From IMG/VR virus record IMGVR_UViG_3300001102_000006: a DNA stretch of 64,000 bases, one strand, 5' to 3'. The notes under the pieces were generated by a model. That model saw only the letters and a list, made by a program, of their open reading frames with translations, was not told where the DNA came from and made no database searches. The stretch's first letter is position 1. Each line of letters opens with the position of its first letter. The translations under genes were made by a program, and so were the position numbers. The stretch is from a virus. Shown piece after piece: positions 38,281-48,592 of the stretch.

Positions 38281-38450
38281 CTATCTTTCCGTAGATTTCT
38301 AGTTCTCTGTCACACACGTCATCAGGACAAATTACACCGTCTGTACGACAACACATGAAAGGAGGGCAAGGGGAGCGCATTTTGGGCAAGTACACTTGCT
38401 GCCGCGCATGTAAATCCAGTGCCCGCAAGCCATTTCAGAAGTCAAGGGCA

Positions 38451-39383
38451 TCAGCCAGCGTATTCCTTGATACACTCGCCGTCCAGCAATTTTCGGTACT
38501 GACGCCAGCCTTCGAAGTTACCGTGGAGCCACGGCTTTTCCCAAATGGGCATACCGTGCTCGCTCCAAACCTGTTCGTCTGGTGTTGCCTGATGTTCAGC
38601 AGGAGAGGCGTGCAACGGAATAGACCCAACAAGTCGGTCGTACAATGCCAAGTCAGCGTCAAAAGAGGGCGATTTGCCGTCATGTGTTTTGTATGACACG
38701 CGGGCGCAACGAGACACACTGACTTTGATCAAATCGTCAACAGTTGTTGGAATTGGGGCATGCGTCAAGTTCTCGACAGAGTTGATGTAGTCCCGCTCGG
38801 ATTGGAGGACATATGGCAGATGCCATTCGCCGGGATTGCGGAAGGTCGGGGTGCTTCCTTCTACCGCCTCAAACATGGCATCTGCCAAAACTTTGATCTC
38901 CGGTTGTGCATCAGGGTGGCGGCGGAGAGCAAAAAAATTGTCGAGCGTTGTGGATGTCATCACCACTGTGATGTGGCTGAAAGGTTCCAGAATTCGGTTC
39001 ACAACTTGTTTGTGGTAACCAGCACGCACGAAACCTTCGGCAACTTCGATTGCGCGATCTCGGGCTTCTTCCCATGCTTGCTGTGCTGTAAAATCCGCGC
39101 AGCCGCCGGTATCTGTCGAAAGCGAAAAAAGCGCATCGCTTTCTTCATTTGCCTGCATACCCTTCTGGTTCTTACCCCAGTGTACGGGCATTGCCGTGTC
39201 TTCACGGATCGACTGGATTTGACGCTCGACAGGAATGGCGCGCGACGAAGAAGCGTTGCGGCTGAATTGACGATGGGTCATAAATTCGGCGTGAATGAAG
39301 CGCGGATACCGCAGTTCAAGCGTTGTAATGCGTGGGCACTTTGGGCCGGTGCTGTCTTCAATAATCTTTGCAGTGATGCTCAT
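38451..39383 (-). CDS. thyX: Flavin-dependent thymidylate synthase
   Basis: EFMTHRQFSRNASSSR, NFFALR.HPDAQPEI, SRCARVSY, HASPAEH. Confidence 0.93.
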   Translation of the reverse strand: MSITAKIIEDSTGPKCPRITTLELRYPRFIHAEFMTHRQFSRNASSSRAIPVERQIQSIREDTAMPVHWGKNQKGMQANEESDALFSLSTDTGGCADFTAQQAWEEARDRAIEVAEGFVRAGYHKQVVNRILEPFSHITVVMTSTTLDNFFALRRHPDAQPEIKVLADAMFEAVEGSTPTFRNPGEWHLPYVLQSERDYINSVENLTHAPIPTTVDDLIKVSVSRCARVSYKTHDGKSPSFDADLALYDRLVGSIPLHASPAEHQATPDEQVWSEHGMPIWEKPWLHGNFEGWRQYRKLLDGECIKEYAG

Positions 39384-39730
39384 CAGTTATCCCAATCTCT
39401 GGCTTCTAAATCATCTGGAAGGCCAAGCTTTGTCCCGACATACTTCCATCGTTGCGTTGTGGACCATCGGCGTCCGCAGAGAGTGCAGACATGGTTGGTC
39501 CAATATGAATCGTGCCCGTCCCAGTTCCCTGTGTTGCCTTCGTTCTTTGTCTCCCGAGCAATCAATGGGTGATGACACTCGTTTTGAAGTTCCACTTTCT
39601 GTTCGTGAAACCGTCTGAGCATTTCTTCCACGCGTTCCATTTCAGACGCAATAGATAGATCATGATCATCTAGTTTCGATAAAAGAAACGTACGCTCCGC
39701 TTCTTTTTTCTGTGCATCGGTAAGACTCAT
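39383..39730 (-). CDS. Hypothetical protein (coiled coil + Zn ribbon)
   Basis: ECHH...CTLCG; coupled overlaps. Confidence 0.6.
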   Translation of the reverse strand: MSLTDAQKKEAERTFLLSKLDDHDLSIASEMERVEEMLRRFHEQKVELQNECHHPLIARETKNEGNTGNWDGHDSYWTNHVCTLCGRRWSTTQRWKYVGTKLGLPDDLEARDWDN

Positions 39731-40086
39731 GACATCCCCAGTTCTAAATACCCAGCAGAAAATCCCCCAATAAGTCCGGTTCGAGAAACAGCGGCTACAT
39801 AAACAATACGACCGTCATCCAGTGGTATGGGTTCGATCACGCTTTCAATAATAGAAAGACGGCGTTCCATGGGCTGCCCGTGCAACCATTCACAGTCTGC
39901 TGGAATTCCGGTAACACCGGGGATTGCGTCTCCAATGTTGTATGCAACTTCTGTTGCGGATGAAGCGGTTCGACACAGAAAATGTATTTGAACCGTATCT
40001 CCCACTGTTTGTGATGCCGCTGACGCGGCGAGAAACACAAACGCAATGAACAAGAAAACGGCAATGCCGTAACTACGAATACTCAT
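39727..40086 (-). CDS. Hypothetical exported protein
   Basis: Signal-peptide-like MSIRSYGIAVFLFIAFVFLAASAAS. Confidence 0.55.
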   Translation of the reverse strand: MSIRSYGIAVFLFIAFVFLAASAASQTVGDTVQIHFLCRTASSATEVAYNIGDAIPGVTGIPADCEWLHGQPMERRLSIIESVIEPIPLDDGRIVYVAAVSRTGLIGGFSAGYLELGMS

Positions 40087-40562
40087 GCGATCTCGTCCCG
40101 TTTTGCGGCATTGCGAAGCATCGAAACAACCAGCCCCCACGAAGGCAAGTCTTTATCCCGCTTGGGTGCTGGGATCACAGTCTTGAAACGAAGAAAAGGC
40201 TTCGACCCTTTGTACTTGTGGCAATGCCAATCGACTTCAATAAGGCCCGCCCAGTCAGGAACTTCGTCGTGAGGAATGACTCCCTTCGGTGCGATATACC
40301 AAAACTTATCGGAGAACAATCGCGCGCCACGTTGCTTGCGGTGGTTGTCCCGGCGGAAGTCAGATCGAGACACTTTAATCTCGTAGGCTTCCATACGGTT
40401 ACCAGTCGAGGGGGCAATGTTCAATGCCAAGAAATCAATGCGCCCCGCCATTTCGAACCCAGAAGAAAGCCGAAGGTCGATAAAGCACCAGTCTTTTTTG
40501 TGCTTCTTTGACAGTTCTTTCTCGATGTCGGTTGCCACTATGGTGTCGTCACGATAGCTCAT
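40083..40562 (-). CDS. MmcB-like PD-(D/E)XK nuclease-fold protein
   Basis: RIDFLA...AYEIKVSRSDFRRD..K...SDKFWYIAP...EVP.WAGLI. Confidence 0.75.
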   Translation of the reverse strand: MSYRDDTIVATDIEKELSKKHKKDWCFIDLRLSSGFEMAGRIDFLALNIAPSTGNRMEAYEIKVSRSDFRRDNHRKQRGARLFSDKFWYIAPKGVIPHDEVPDWAGLIEVDWHCHKYKGSKPFLRFKTVIPAPKRDKDLPSWGLVVSMLRNAAKRDEIA

Positions 40563-41170
40563 CCGCCTTGCTGCCACGCATGATGTGCGTCTATAGCGGA
40601 TTGCATTTGCATGCCTTCATGAACATCATTTAGCACATTTGAGCGCAAATCTTCCAGCGTTCCGCCATTGTGGATAGAGATATCCGTAGGAACCATGTCG
40701 ATGAGTGTTTCAGAAGAATGTTGTGACGCTTCATCTGTCGCCGCGTCAGCGGCATCTCGTGTGATCCGGTACTTCACCGCACCCAAATCATCAAGAACCA
40801 GACCTTCATGCGGAAAACGATAATCGCTGCACACAATGCGATCACCAAAGACGCCGGACTTTACACGCATCTTGAACATTTCAGACCACATGTCTGTGGA
40901 AATCATTTCACGCCACTCTGTTCCGAGTGTCTGCATTGCATAACGCGGCGTTTTGCCTTGCAGCCATGGGCACGGTTCTTCTTTCAAGTCGCCCTCGATT
41001 TTGCGCTCGATCTCATCGTCTTCGAGACCACACGTGCTATACATAGCGCGCAGCATGTTCTTCAACGGGTCAGCGAATTTCAAATCGACAAAACCCATTT
41101 CTTCTACTAGCGCCTTTGCTGCTTCGGATTTGCCCGAACCGCGTTTTCCTGTGAATGCTACAACAGTCAT
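40559..41170 (-). CDS. Deoxynucleoside monophosphate kinase
   Basis: TGKRGSGKS, FADPLK, TPR..MQTLGTEW, SDYRFPHE, HSSE. Confidence 0.92.
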   Translation of the reverse strand: MTVVAFTGKRGSGKSEAAKALVEEMGFVDLKFADPLKNMLRAMYSTCGLEDDEIERKIEGDLKEEPCPWLQGKTPRYAMQTLGTEWREMISTDMWSEMFKMRVKSGVFGDRIVCSDYRFPHEGLVLDDLGAVKYRITRDAADAATDEASQHSSETLIDMVPTDISIHNGGTLEDLRSNVLNDVHEGMQMQSAIDAHHAWQQGG

Positions 41171-41180
41171 TGATATATCC

Positions 41181-41387
41181 TTATACGATTTTCGGATCGG
41201 AAAACGTCAGGGTGCCCCCGTCGATCCGAACAGCGAAATCAGGGACATCCCAAGACCGTGGGTCTTCTTCTGGTGTTTCAAGCCACTGATACCACCGATC
41301 AATAAATCCGTGAGGTATGTAGTAGCTGTGTCCGCTGTCGTCGGAAACGGTGCAATAACGTTGTGCCATGCCGAAGCCTTTTGTCAC
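41181..41387 (-). CDS. Hypothetical protein
   Basis: DDSGH.Y.IP motif; small ORF. Confidence 0.5.
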   Translation of the reverse strand: MTKGFGMAQRYCTVSDDSGHSYYIPHGFIDRWYQWLETPEEDPRSWDVPDFAVRIDGGTLTFSDPKIV

Positions 41388-41405
41388 ATATAGATTGCGA
41401 CGAAG

Positions 41406-41612
41406 TTAATCCGCAATCAGTTCAAATTGCAGGGTATCTCCTGCTTCGATCTGGATGAAGTCACCCTCGACGCTGACCTCAACCGCTTCTGTGGGATCGA
41501 AGGTCTCATTGCCATTTACGTCGAACAAGTAATCGACTTCTTCCACGGAACCATCTGATGCAATTAAAAAGATGTCCCATTCGCGGGCTTCGCCGCCATT
41601 TGTGATTATCAT
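41406..41612 (-). CDS. Small acidic hypothetical protein
   Basis: ORF in operon orientation. Confidence 0.5.
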   Translation of the reverse strand: MIITNGGEAREWDIFLIASDGSVEEVDYLFDVNGNETFDPTEAVEVSVEGDFIQIEAGDTLQFELIAD

Positions 41613-41623
41613 GTGTATTCTTT

Positions 41624-43030
41624 CTATGTCACGACGACAGTAAGGTCTTTTGCCGCACGTGTAATTCCTGTGTACAACCAGCGTGATCCTTGGTCACGGA
41701 ATACGCCACTTTCATCATGCACAACAACATCGTCCCACTCGGAACCCTGTGACTTGTGTACAGTCAGTACGTGCCCGAAATCCAGATGCTCGCATTGTGC
41801 TTTTGCGGAATAAGCCGCTTTCGTGTCAGCAGAATAAGAGTTCTGCTGACGAAACACGTGTTCCTCGAACAGGGGTTGCGCGCAACTCAGGGTGTATTCC
41901 AAACCATCTGCATCGTCATCAGCAACCTGCAATGTAAGTCGAGCATTTCCGTTTTGCAGATCGCCGTGATCAGTTTTGTTGCGAAGGATCGACCCGTTGA
42001 CAAGGCCCGGATGTTTTTTCGAGTTCCGACAAACCAGCAAAGGTTCGTCTTGCATAGGACCAGTCTCGGTAATACCAAGTGCCTGACGAATTTTCTTGGT
42101 CAGCTTCCATCGGGTCTTGTGTGTTCCACACAAAACCATCGCATCCCGCTCAAGATTGAGTGTTACGTCATCTTGGTTACGTCGAACAACTTTCACACCG
42201 TCGCCGTAATCACCGACTTTCAGGTCTTTGCCCTGACGGGCCATAGTTGCAAGTTGGATAATCGGGTTGTCCGCAGCTTGCCGGTGAATCTCGGTCAGGA
42301 AGACATTTGGATCATCCATGTTGAAGCCCCATTCGGAGCCAACGGGTGGCAACTGTCCCGGATCACCGAGAGCGAGTATGGGCCGTCCAAATAGTGCGAG
42401 GTCTTCGGCAAGCGTCGTGCCCACCATAGACGCCTCATCGACAACGAACAGTTTCACCTCGGGCGCAATTTCTTCTTCCTGACGAATCATGAAAGAAGGG
42501 CCTTCGCTGTCCATGGCTTCTCGCAAAGCGTTTTCCAGCTTTGAAAGGTGTCGATCAACCTGATCAAGGGTCATGCCACGAATTTGTTCGTCGTGGTGCT
42601 CTTGGCCCATTTGACCTTTACTTGCCAGCCAATCGCGGTGATAATCAAGACGGTCAATTTCCCGCTTGATTCGGTCGGCTTCCATCGACTTGGGTGTGTA
42701 GATGGCTTTGTGAATTGTCGTAGCAGGCTGCGACCAGCCGTCCGCCCGAAGCTTGCTTGTCAGCACCTTCGCGGCTTTTCCGGTGGGAGCCATGAATTGA
42801 ACTTCGTCCTCAGAAAGTCCGATGTGTTCGATCATCGCGCCAACGCATGTTGACTTACCCGACCCAGCATACCCACAGAAAGTGAATGCTTGACCATTTG
42901 ACGAGTGATCGTATCCGTGACCCGCGTAGCGGGCATTGAGAAATTCTCCCCGCAAAGAGTCGGCATCGTTATACCACGATGCCGCTTCTTTGACAGCGGA
43001 GAACTGATGGTCGGTCAGAGTGACCCCCAT
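41624..43030 (-). CDS. RecD/Dda-like SF1B helicase
   Basis: GYAGSGKS, APTGKAA, TIHK, VVDEASMV, GDPGQLPPV, LTEIHRQ, TVHKSQGSEW, LYTGITRA. Confidence 0.95.
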   Translation of the reverse strand: MGVTLTDHQFSAVKEAASWYNDADSLRGEFLNARYAGHGYDHSSNGQAFTFCGYAGSGKSTCVGAMIEHIGLSEDEVQFMAPTGKAAKVLTSKLRADGWSQPATTIHKAIYTPKSMEADRIKREIDRLDYHRDWLASKGQMGQEHHDEQIRGMTLDQVDRHLSKLENALREAMDSEGPSFMIRQEEEIAPEVKLFVVDEASMVGTTLAEDLALFGRPILALGDPGQLPPVGSEWGFNMDDPNVFLTEIHRQAADNPIIQLATMARQGKDLKVGDYGDGVKVVRRNQDDVTLNLERDAMVLCGTHKTRWKLTKKIRQALGITETGPMQDEPLLVCRNSKKHPGLVNGSILRNKTDHGDLQNGNARLTLQVADDDADGLEYTLSCAQPLFEEHVFRQQNSYSADTKAAYSAKAQCEHLDFGHVLTVHKSQGSEWDDVVVHDESGVFRDQGSRWLYTGITRAAKDLTVVVT

Positions 43031-43041
43031 AGGATCACCCC

Positions 43042-43272
43042 TTATTTGGTTGTGGAAGTCTCGCCCAGAAAGTCGCCCAGCTTTGCGATCAGAGCTTCGG
43101 CTTGTGCGACTTCGGCGTCAGCAGCGGCCTTCTTGGTTTCTGCGGTGCGCATGGCATTTGAGGCATCAGCCGATGCCGTCTTCTGCGCAGACAAAACAGA
43201 TTTCAAATTGGTCTGGACCTTCTTGAGCGGGGCAAGAGCGGCAGAGACTGTGGTTGGTGCGGTGAGTTGCAT
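43042..43272 (-). CDS. Small Ala-rich coiled-coil protein
   Basis: AAGGAGG RBS. Confidence 0.65.
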   Translation of the reverse strand: MQLTAPTTVSAALAPLKKVQTNLKSVLSAQKTASADASNAMRTAETKKAAADAEVAQAEALIAKLGDFLGETSTTK

Positions 43273-43299
43273 TAAATAACCTCCTTGGTGTTTGGTGTG

Positions 43300-43324
43300 G
43301 ATAGGCCCACGAGTGGGGCCTATC
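43300..43324 (-). terminator. Stem-loop after SSB-like gene
   Basis: GATAGGCCC...GGGCCTATC inverted repeat. Confidence 0.5.
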
Positions 43325-43345
43325 TACCTGTTATTGTGGGTCGTG

Positions 43346-44170
43346 TCAACCCAGATTCGCACCGCGTGCGCCGCGACGACCACGGCGGGCAGTTGCGGGC
43401 TGTTCAGCCGGTGCATCCGCTCCCGTATCAGGCGCATCCGACTTGTCTTCAACCGCTGGGGCTGCATCATTCGGCGTCGGTTCGTCATCATAGTCCGCAG
43501 GATTGTCGCCCTGCACACCCAAGAGGTCTTCTTCGGACATCCAATCCACAATTTTCAATGCAGGTGCCCAGCGCTTCTTACCGGCGGACTTCGCCTTCGG
43601 TTCGTAGCTGTTTGCCGTGACTTCGATGATCGGAATCAGACCCTGCTTGAGTTTGTACTGCCGTCCAAAGGACTTTCGCAGCGTGTGGAAAGAATTCATC
43701 GCCACGCCCTTGTTCAGCTTGAGGGTGAATTCCTCATCGCTGCCGTCAAGAGGGCGCATGTTGAACGATGCTTGGACACTCCATCCATCCCGGAAATTCG
43801 CAGGGTCGTCTTTTTGAGCCTGCATGATTTCTTCGATAGACATATCGATATCGCCCTTCGGATCATCCGGAAGCTCCATCGGTGGATTGTCAAAGGACAG
43901 CGGGTTTTCAATCAAGGCGTCGGAGAATTGCTCCATTACCTTGCCATCCCACCAGAACGACCAGACCCACTGGGCGTTCATCATGTCCGCAGCAAACCGC
44001 GTGCCATGTTCGATTTCATCGTCGTCTTGACCTGCTGTAAACAGACCAGTCGCGCCGGTGAATTTCACATAGGTAGTCGTACCACCTGTTCCTTCCGAGC
44101 CTTGTGCGGTGAACGGATCACCAGCCGGAGCAACTGCACGTGAGGATGCATTGACGAGTTCGTTAGACAT
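43346..44170 (-). CDS. Putative single-stranded DNA-binding protein
   Basis: Replication context; YVKF...G, PIIE....Y.......W.P.LKIVDW core and long acidic tail. Confidence 0.55.
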   Translation of the reverse strand: MSNELVNASSRAVAPAGDPFTAQGSEGTGGTTTYVKFTGATGLFTAGQDDDEIEHGTRFAADMMNAQWVWSFWWDGKVMEQFSDALIENPLSFDNPPMELPDDPKGDIDMSIEEIMQAQKDDPANFRDGWSVQASFNMRPLDGSDEEFTLKLNKGVAMNSFHTLRKSFGRQYKLKQGLIPIIEVTANSYEPKAKSAGKKRWAPALKIVDWMSEEDLLGVQGDNPADYDDEPTPNDAAPAVEDKSDAPDTGADAPAEQPATARRGRRGARGANLG

Positions 44171-44265
44171 TACCTTATTTCCTTACTTCTTGTTTCCTTA
44201 ATTCCCGTGTCTCAATTTACCATCCGGGCACGGGCACCCTTTTGGCACATTGGGTTTCCCCGATG

Positions 44266-44565
44266 TTACTCTGTAAGTCCCAATTCGCGAGCATAGTCAC
44301 GCCATTTCGAGACCTTACGTGCTTTGTTTTCCCAGTCTTCTGGAATTTGATCGATGCCTGCATCGCATTCATCGTTCAACATTTTCATAACACCCAGCAC
44401 GTCATTGAATTCTGCTTGGATGCGATGCGCATTGGACAGCGGCGTCCCCGTTTGTCCGCCGAAAACTTCGTCAAGGCCGAATTGTTGCGCCTTGATTGCA
44501 ATTTGCGCCAATTCGGCGGCTTCTTCTGCGAGCTTGCCGAGCAAGTATTGTTGATTGGTCATCAT
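44266..44565 (-). CDS. MazG-like nucleotide pyrophosphohydrolase
   Basis: KLAEEAAEL....K...FG...N...I.AEFNDV (EExxE...ExxD). Confidence 0.7.
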   Translation of the reverse strand: MMTNQQYLLGKLAEEAAELAQIAIKAQQFGLDEVFGGQTGTPLSNAHRIQAEFNDVLGVMKMLNDECDAGIDQIPEDWENKARKVSKWRDYARELGLTE

Positions 44566-45716
44566 TTTGCAGTTGTCACCGTCAATTTTTCGAACCCAGC
44601 GCCTTCTGACATGAAGTCGTCTGGATCAAGTCCCGCTTCAATCAACTTGTTCTTGTCAATTGTTTTGCGGCCTTTTTGTGTTGTGTATGAGACCTTCCAG
44701 TCATCGCCAACAGCACGAGATTCGCCGTGAACAATGAGTGCTTGTCGGATGCGTTCGTTAATCACTTCCAGTTCGCGCTCGGCGTCGTCTTTGGCTTCTT
44801 TCATTTGTGTCCGCTCAGTTATAAGCGGTTCCAACGATCCCAAAAGTTGCGTGTCTTGTCCTGCAACTTCGGTCTTGTTCAAAGCTTTTCGTGAGGCCGG
44901 GACACGCCCAACCGACGCTTGACGACAGGTCTGCTCGTATGGGCAGTATTGGCACATCCCATCCAGCTTACCCTCGGCATGCAGTTCTCCTGCGGTTTCT
45001 GCCGTGAACACTTTCTCGTTGCGGGCGCGTCCAATACGATACTGCTCATCATCATAAGGAATGATGAAGATACGAATATCATCCAGCCACGAAGCGTTCA
45101 CATACATGAGGACCGCGTAGTTTGGCTTGTATTTTGTTGTTTCTCGGATCAAGCCCATTTGCATTTGGGTCTGTCCCCGGTGAACCGGCTTTTCGTGATC
45201 CAACGTCAGGCGCGGGTCAAAGGATTTCATCTCAAGGACAATTGAATCCTCGTCGGTCAAATGTTCCAGCCCGTAGTAAGCAAGAAAATCTGCCGGAAGA
45301 TTTGATCCATCTTGTGTGATGATCAGGCCGTCAAGCGTTGCTGAGTGAATGCCGTCCAGAATAGTGTCCTGACCGTCGCCCGCCATGATGAGATCGAGAC
45401 CGCGACGACGAAGACCTTCTTCCACTGCCGGAACAATGTAGTGGTTCTCGATGATGTTTCCGCGTTCCATCGCTCCCCACGATTGTTCGAAGTGGGGGTC
45501 TGGCTCGATACCGAATTCGTGTCCGCGCTTCGTGTACCAGTTCTTACGCAAACAACCAAAACATTCGGAGGCACCAACTGTCAAGCGGCGGTCCTGTTTC
45601 CACGTTTTCTGATTGTTTGCAATGTGTTCATCATACAAATCTTCAAACGTAAAGCCGTCCGAAGGAATGCTTTCTGGTACGCCGTTGGCGATCAATTCAT
45701 CATAATATGTCGGCAT
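44562..45716 (-). CDS. Cas4/AddB-like PD-(D/E)XK exonuclease with Fe-S Cys
   Basis: GASE...C.RK, RGN..E, ATLDG, LEMKS, Q...QM, CQYCPY..TC. Confidence 0.8.
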   Translation of the reverse strand: MPTYYDELIANGVPESIPSDGFTFEDLYDEHIANNQKTWKQDRRLTVGASECFGCLRKNWYTKRGHEFGIEPDPHFEQSWGAMERGNIIENHYIVPAVEEGLRRRGLDLIMAGDGQDTILDGIHSATLDGLIITQDGSNLPADFLAYYGLEHLTDEDSIVLEMKSFDPRLTLDHEKPVHRGQTQMQMGLIRETTKYKPNYAVLMYVNASWLDDIRIFIIPYDDEQYRIGRARNEKVFTAETAGELHAEGKLDGMCQYCPYEQTCRQASVGRVPASRKALNKTEVAGQDTQLLGSLEPLITERTQMKEAKDDAERELEVINERIRQALIVHGESRAVGDDWKVSYTTQKGRKTIDKNKLIEAGLDPDDFMSEGAGFEKLTVTTAK

Positions 45717-46348
45717 CAGGCGCTCCGCGTAAATTCTTCTTGGAATGCACCGATATGATGCAGGTGGTAGTAGACGCGAGCACACGCCCGAACGTCCACC
45801 AAAGCATCGTGCGCGCCTTCCAGTTTTTCTCCGAAGAAATGCGCAACGCATTCTTCGAGCTTGGGCCATTTCCATTCACCGTTCCGCTTGGGCGGAGCTT
45901 TCACAATGTCCTGCGAGGCGAACATCGTACAAATCAGGGTCTTGTCTTCAAACGGGTCCCAATATTCTTGACCCGTTGCTTGGCAATAGACCTGCATTGC
46001 GCGGCGGATCACAACAATGTCGTAGCTGATATTGTGTGCCACAATGGTGTCGGCGGTCGCTGCCATGTCCAGAAACAGTTCCATTCCGGTAACCAAATGG
46101 ATGCCAAAAGCATCCGCACGCGCATTGTCGATACCGGTTGCTTTGTAGGCACCGTCCGAAACAATCCACGGCTTCACGCCGTCAACTGTATTTGTTTGGA
46201 TGAGTACGTTTGCCGCGCCCATTTCGAGTGTGTTGTCAGCGTCCAGTTTGACACCAATCTGGACAGGCATCGGTTGATCCGGATGCGTGTGTGGCTTGTT
46301 TTTCTTGGTCAAGCCAGTTGTTTCAGTGTCAAAGAAAAGCGTGTTCAT
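45716..46348 (-). CDS. DEDDh 3'-5' exonuclease (DnaQ-like)
   Basis: FFDTETTG, AHN..YD, CTM, WPKLEE, AHDALVDV. Confidence 0.92.
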   Translation of the reverse strand: MNTLFFDTETTGLTKKNKPHTHPDQPMPVQIGVKLDADNTLEMGAANVLIQTNTVDGVKPWIVSDGAYKATGIDNARADAFGIHLVTGMELFLDMAATADTIVAHNISYDIVVIRRAMQVYCQATGQEYWDPFEDKTLICTMFASQDIVKAPPKRNGEWKWPKLEECVAHFFGEKLEGAHDALVDVRACARVYYHLHHIGAFQEEFTRSA

Positions 46349-46414
46349 GTCGGGTATCCTTAGATGTGCCTTTTTGCCATAAGAACTCTGGCATGTCAAG
46401 AAAAAAGTGAGGCG

Positions 46415-48592
46415 TCAATGCGTTTCTGCCCAGTTAATTCCAATTTTTGCTTCGGCAGTGATTGGGCAGTTAAATCCGAAGTGATCCCCAGCCAGTGGTG
46501 CCGTGTTTTCCATAATCTCTGCGGCACGTTCTGCCAAATCTTCACGAACAGCAATTTGAATTTCGTCGTGAGACCAGCTTGAGAAATAGTATTCCAAGCC
46601 AACACCATGATCCCAACCCTCGTCAAACATTGTATCGTCAACCAGCAGACACCATTTCTTTGCGAGAAGCGCGCCGTCTGATTGCAGGCGAAGATTGAGT
46701 GCAGAGTGCTTCGAACGAGCAAACAGGCGGCGTCCGTCCAATCCACGAATGGTTCCGCTGTTCTGGCGCATTTCTTTGTGGATAGCTTTGATAGCTTCTT
46801 TCAAGGACGGCATAGCCGCCATGAGTTTCGCCCGCAAAGTTTTCCCCAATGCACGCTGACGCGTTTCGGAGGAAAGCGGTTCCACAATTGATCCGAGCTT
46901 CGCATCGCCACCGCCGTACATAAGCGCGTAAAGAGCACGTTTCGCAACACCACGACTGATCCCGGCGAGGTCGGCATTCTTTTGGTGAATGTCCCCAGTC
47001 AGAACAACGTCAACCAGTTCTCCGCCGTCAAACTCGTAAGTTAGATTAGAGAGGCATCGAAATTCCACGCCGGACTGGTCACAACCAACGAGCTTGTAGC
47101 CTTTGGGCACTGTGAAAAGTTCACGACAATCCCAGCCATGATCACCCTCGCGACCACGAACGATGATTTTCCACTCGCCTTTTTTGTCCTTCCATTCGGA
47201 CTCTACGTGTGTGCCTGCCTTCTTGTGGCGTTCCACAAGTGCAAGCCCCTTGTCGTAGTCTTTTGGTTCCAACGGGTTGACACCCGGCACCTGAGAAACA
47301 TTGGGAGCGGCGTGAGTTGCGCGTCCAGAAACCGTTCCACCAACATTTACACGCCCATGGATACGCTGGTCAGCACGAACAAGTTTCAGCCAACCATTAC
47401 GTCCATCCGCGACCATGCCGATGCGTTTCTTGTAGTAAAAGATTTCCGCCAATGTTTCTGCCAGCGGAATGTGCTCTACGAGGTTGCGTAGAATTTCGTC
47501 GTCAACCCGTGCATTGCCTTTCTCGGTAAAGTCTTGTGGTGTCCAACCATACATGTGAGACAGACGATCAACAATTTGCTGACGGCTATTTGGGTTAAAT
47601 TCCCGCAACTCTACCTTGACAAACGGACAGCCTTCTTCGACGGAACCATTTACCTTTTTGTACTCTCCGGTTTCCGAATACTTACGGATACTCTTAACAC
47701 GGTTCATCGACTTTTTTGGGATCGTTACGTTGGCCCAAGTGCGGCGCTTTGCGCTCTCCCCGTGATCGGGTTCCATGGTTTCTTCATCGTGCCAGCGCGC
47801 AGGGCGAAACCAAATACCAATGGCTTCAACCGCTTTGTCATAAAACTTATCGTATTCTTCTTGCAGTTGGACAGCCAGTTTTTCCGCCCGTTCCAAATCG
47901 AAAAAGAAGCCGTTCCGTTCCTGTTGGATCATCAAAGCATGGATATTGTGCTCAAGGCTGATTGCCTCGGGCGACCATTCCATCACCTCAATACGGTCCC
48001 AAAGCTCTTTGTTGACTTCCACGTCATTGACACAGTAGTCATGCATGTCTTCATTCCACGTTCCCCAGACGTAGAAGTGTAGTTCTTCGTCTGTCGGTGG
48101 TTCGAGGCCCGCTTCTTTGTGCTGCGCCTTTAGAGCCAACTCACGATCTTTTTTGTAATCGCCTTTGTGCTTTCCGAGACGCTGGCCCCAAGCTTCCAGA
48201 CCCTGCAAACCGATCAAGCGTCCTTCAAGGTCACCCTTTGCTGCCATGCGGAAGTCTTTTTCTTTCACGTCCGCGAAGCACATACGCGACATGACCAACG
48301 TGTCGATGATACGCGCCTGTGGCTGGAACCACGGAAAGATCAATTGAACTGCTGGAATATCAAAGTCAAGAATGTTGTGTCCGACCAGAAGGTCTGCATC
48401 CATCAGAAGCTTTACGCCATCTTCAAGATCATTTTCGTCTGGCGTGTTGACATAATCAACAATCTCGCCAGTATCGATGTCCATGATGACAATACAATGG
48501 ATACGATCCATAGCAAACACACCAACCGCCCCTTGTTCTTCCAAGAGACCGTTGGTTTCAATATCGAAGATGAGGCGTTTGAATGTGGACAT
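46415..48592 (-). CDS. DNA polymerase family A, T7 gp5-like
   Basis: DIETNG, GHNI..FD, LEAWG.RLG..KG, YC..DV exonuclease; motif A DQSGVEFR, motif B RGVAKRALYALMYG, motif C HDEIQ. Confidence 0.96.
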   Translation of the reverse strand: MSTFKRLIFDIETNGLLEEQGAVGVFAMDRIHCIVIMDIDTGEIVDYVNTPDENDLEDGVKLLMDADLLVGHNILDFDIPAVQLIFPWFQPQARIIDTLVMSRMCFADVKEKDFRMAAKGDLEGRLIGLQGLEAWGQRLGKHKGDYKKDRELALKAQHKEAGLEPPTDEELHFYVWGTWNEDMHDYCVNDVEVNKELWDRIEVMEWSPEAISLEHNIHALMIQQERNGFFFDLERAEKLAVQLQEEYDKFYDKAVEAIGIWFRPARWHDEETMEPDHGESAKRRTWANVTIPKKSMNRVKSIRKYSETGEYKKVNGSVEEGCPFVKVELREFNPNSRQQIVDRLSHMYGWTPQDFTEKGNARVDDEILRNLVEHIPLAETLAEIFYYKKRIGMVADGRNGWLKLVRADQRIHGRVNVGGTVSGRATHAAPNVSQVPGVNPLEPKDYDKGLALVERHKKAGTHVESEWKDKKGEWKIIVRGREGDHGWDCRELFTVPKGYKLVGCDQSGVEFRCLSNLTYEFDGGELVDVVLTGDIHQKNADLAGISRGVAKRALYALMYGGGDAKLGSIVEPLSSETRQRALGKTLRAKLMAAMPSLKEAIKAIHKEMRQNSGTIRGLDGRRLFARSKHSALNLRLQSDGALLAKKWCLLVDDTMFDEGWDHGVGLEYYFSSWSHDEIQIAVREDLAERAAEIMENTAPLAGDHFGFNCPITAEAKIGINWAETH

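Noticed and set aside
38281-38450. Possible tRNA/ncRNA or Cys-rich mini-ORFs downstream of thyX
   Set aside because: No cloverleaf or T-loop found; two short overlapping ORFs are possible but neither can be supported.
44562-45716. Cas4-like protein as a sign of CRISPR
   Set aside because: No repeat-spacer array or other cas genes; stand-alone Cas4-like exonucleases are common in phage replication modules.
35265-48592. Inteins or introns in nrdJ, helicase or polymerase
   Set aside because: ORFs are uninterrupted and of normal length with no intein splice motifs noticed.
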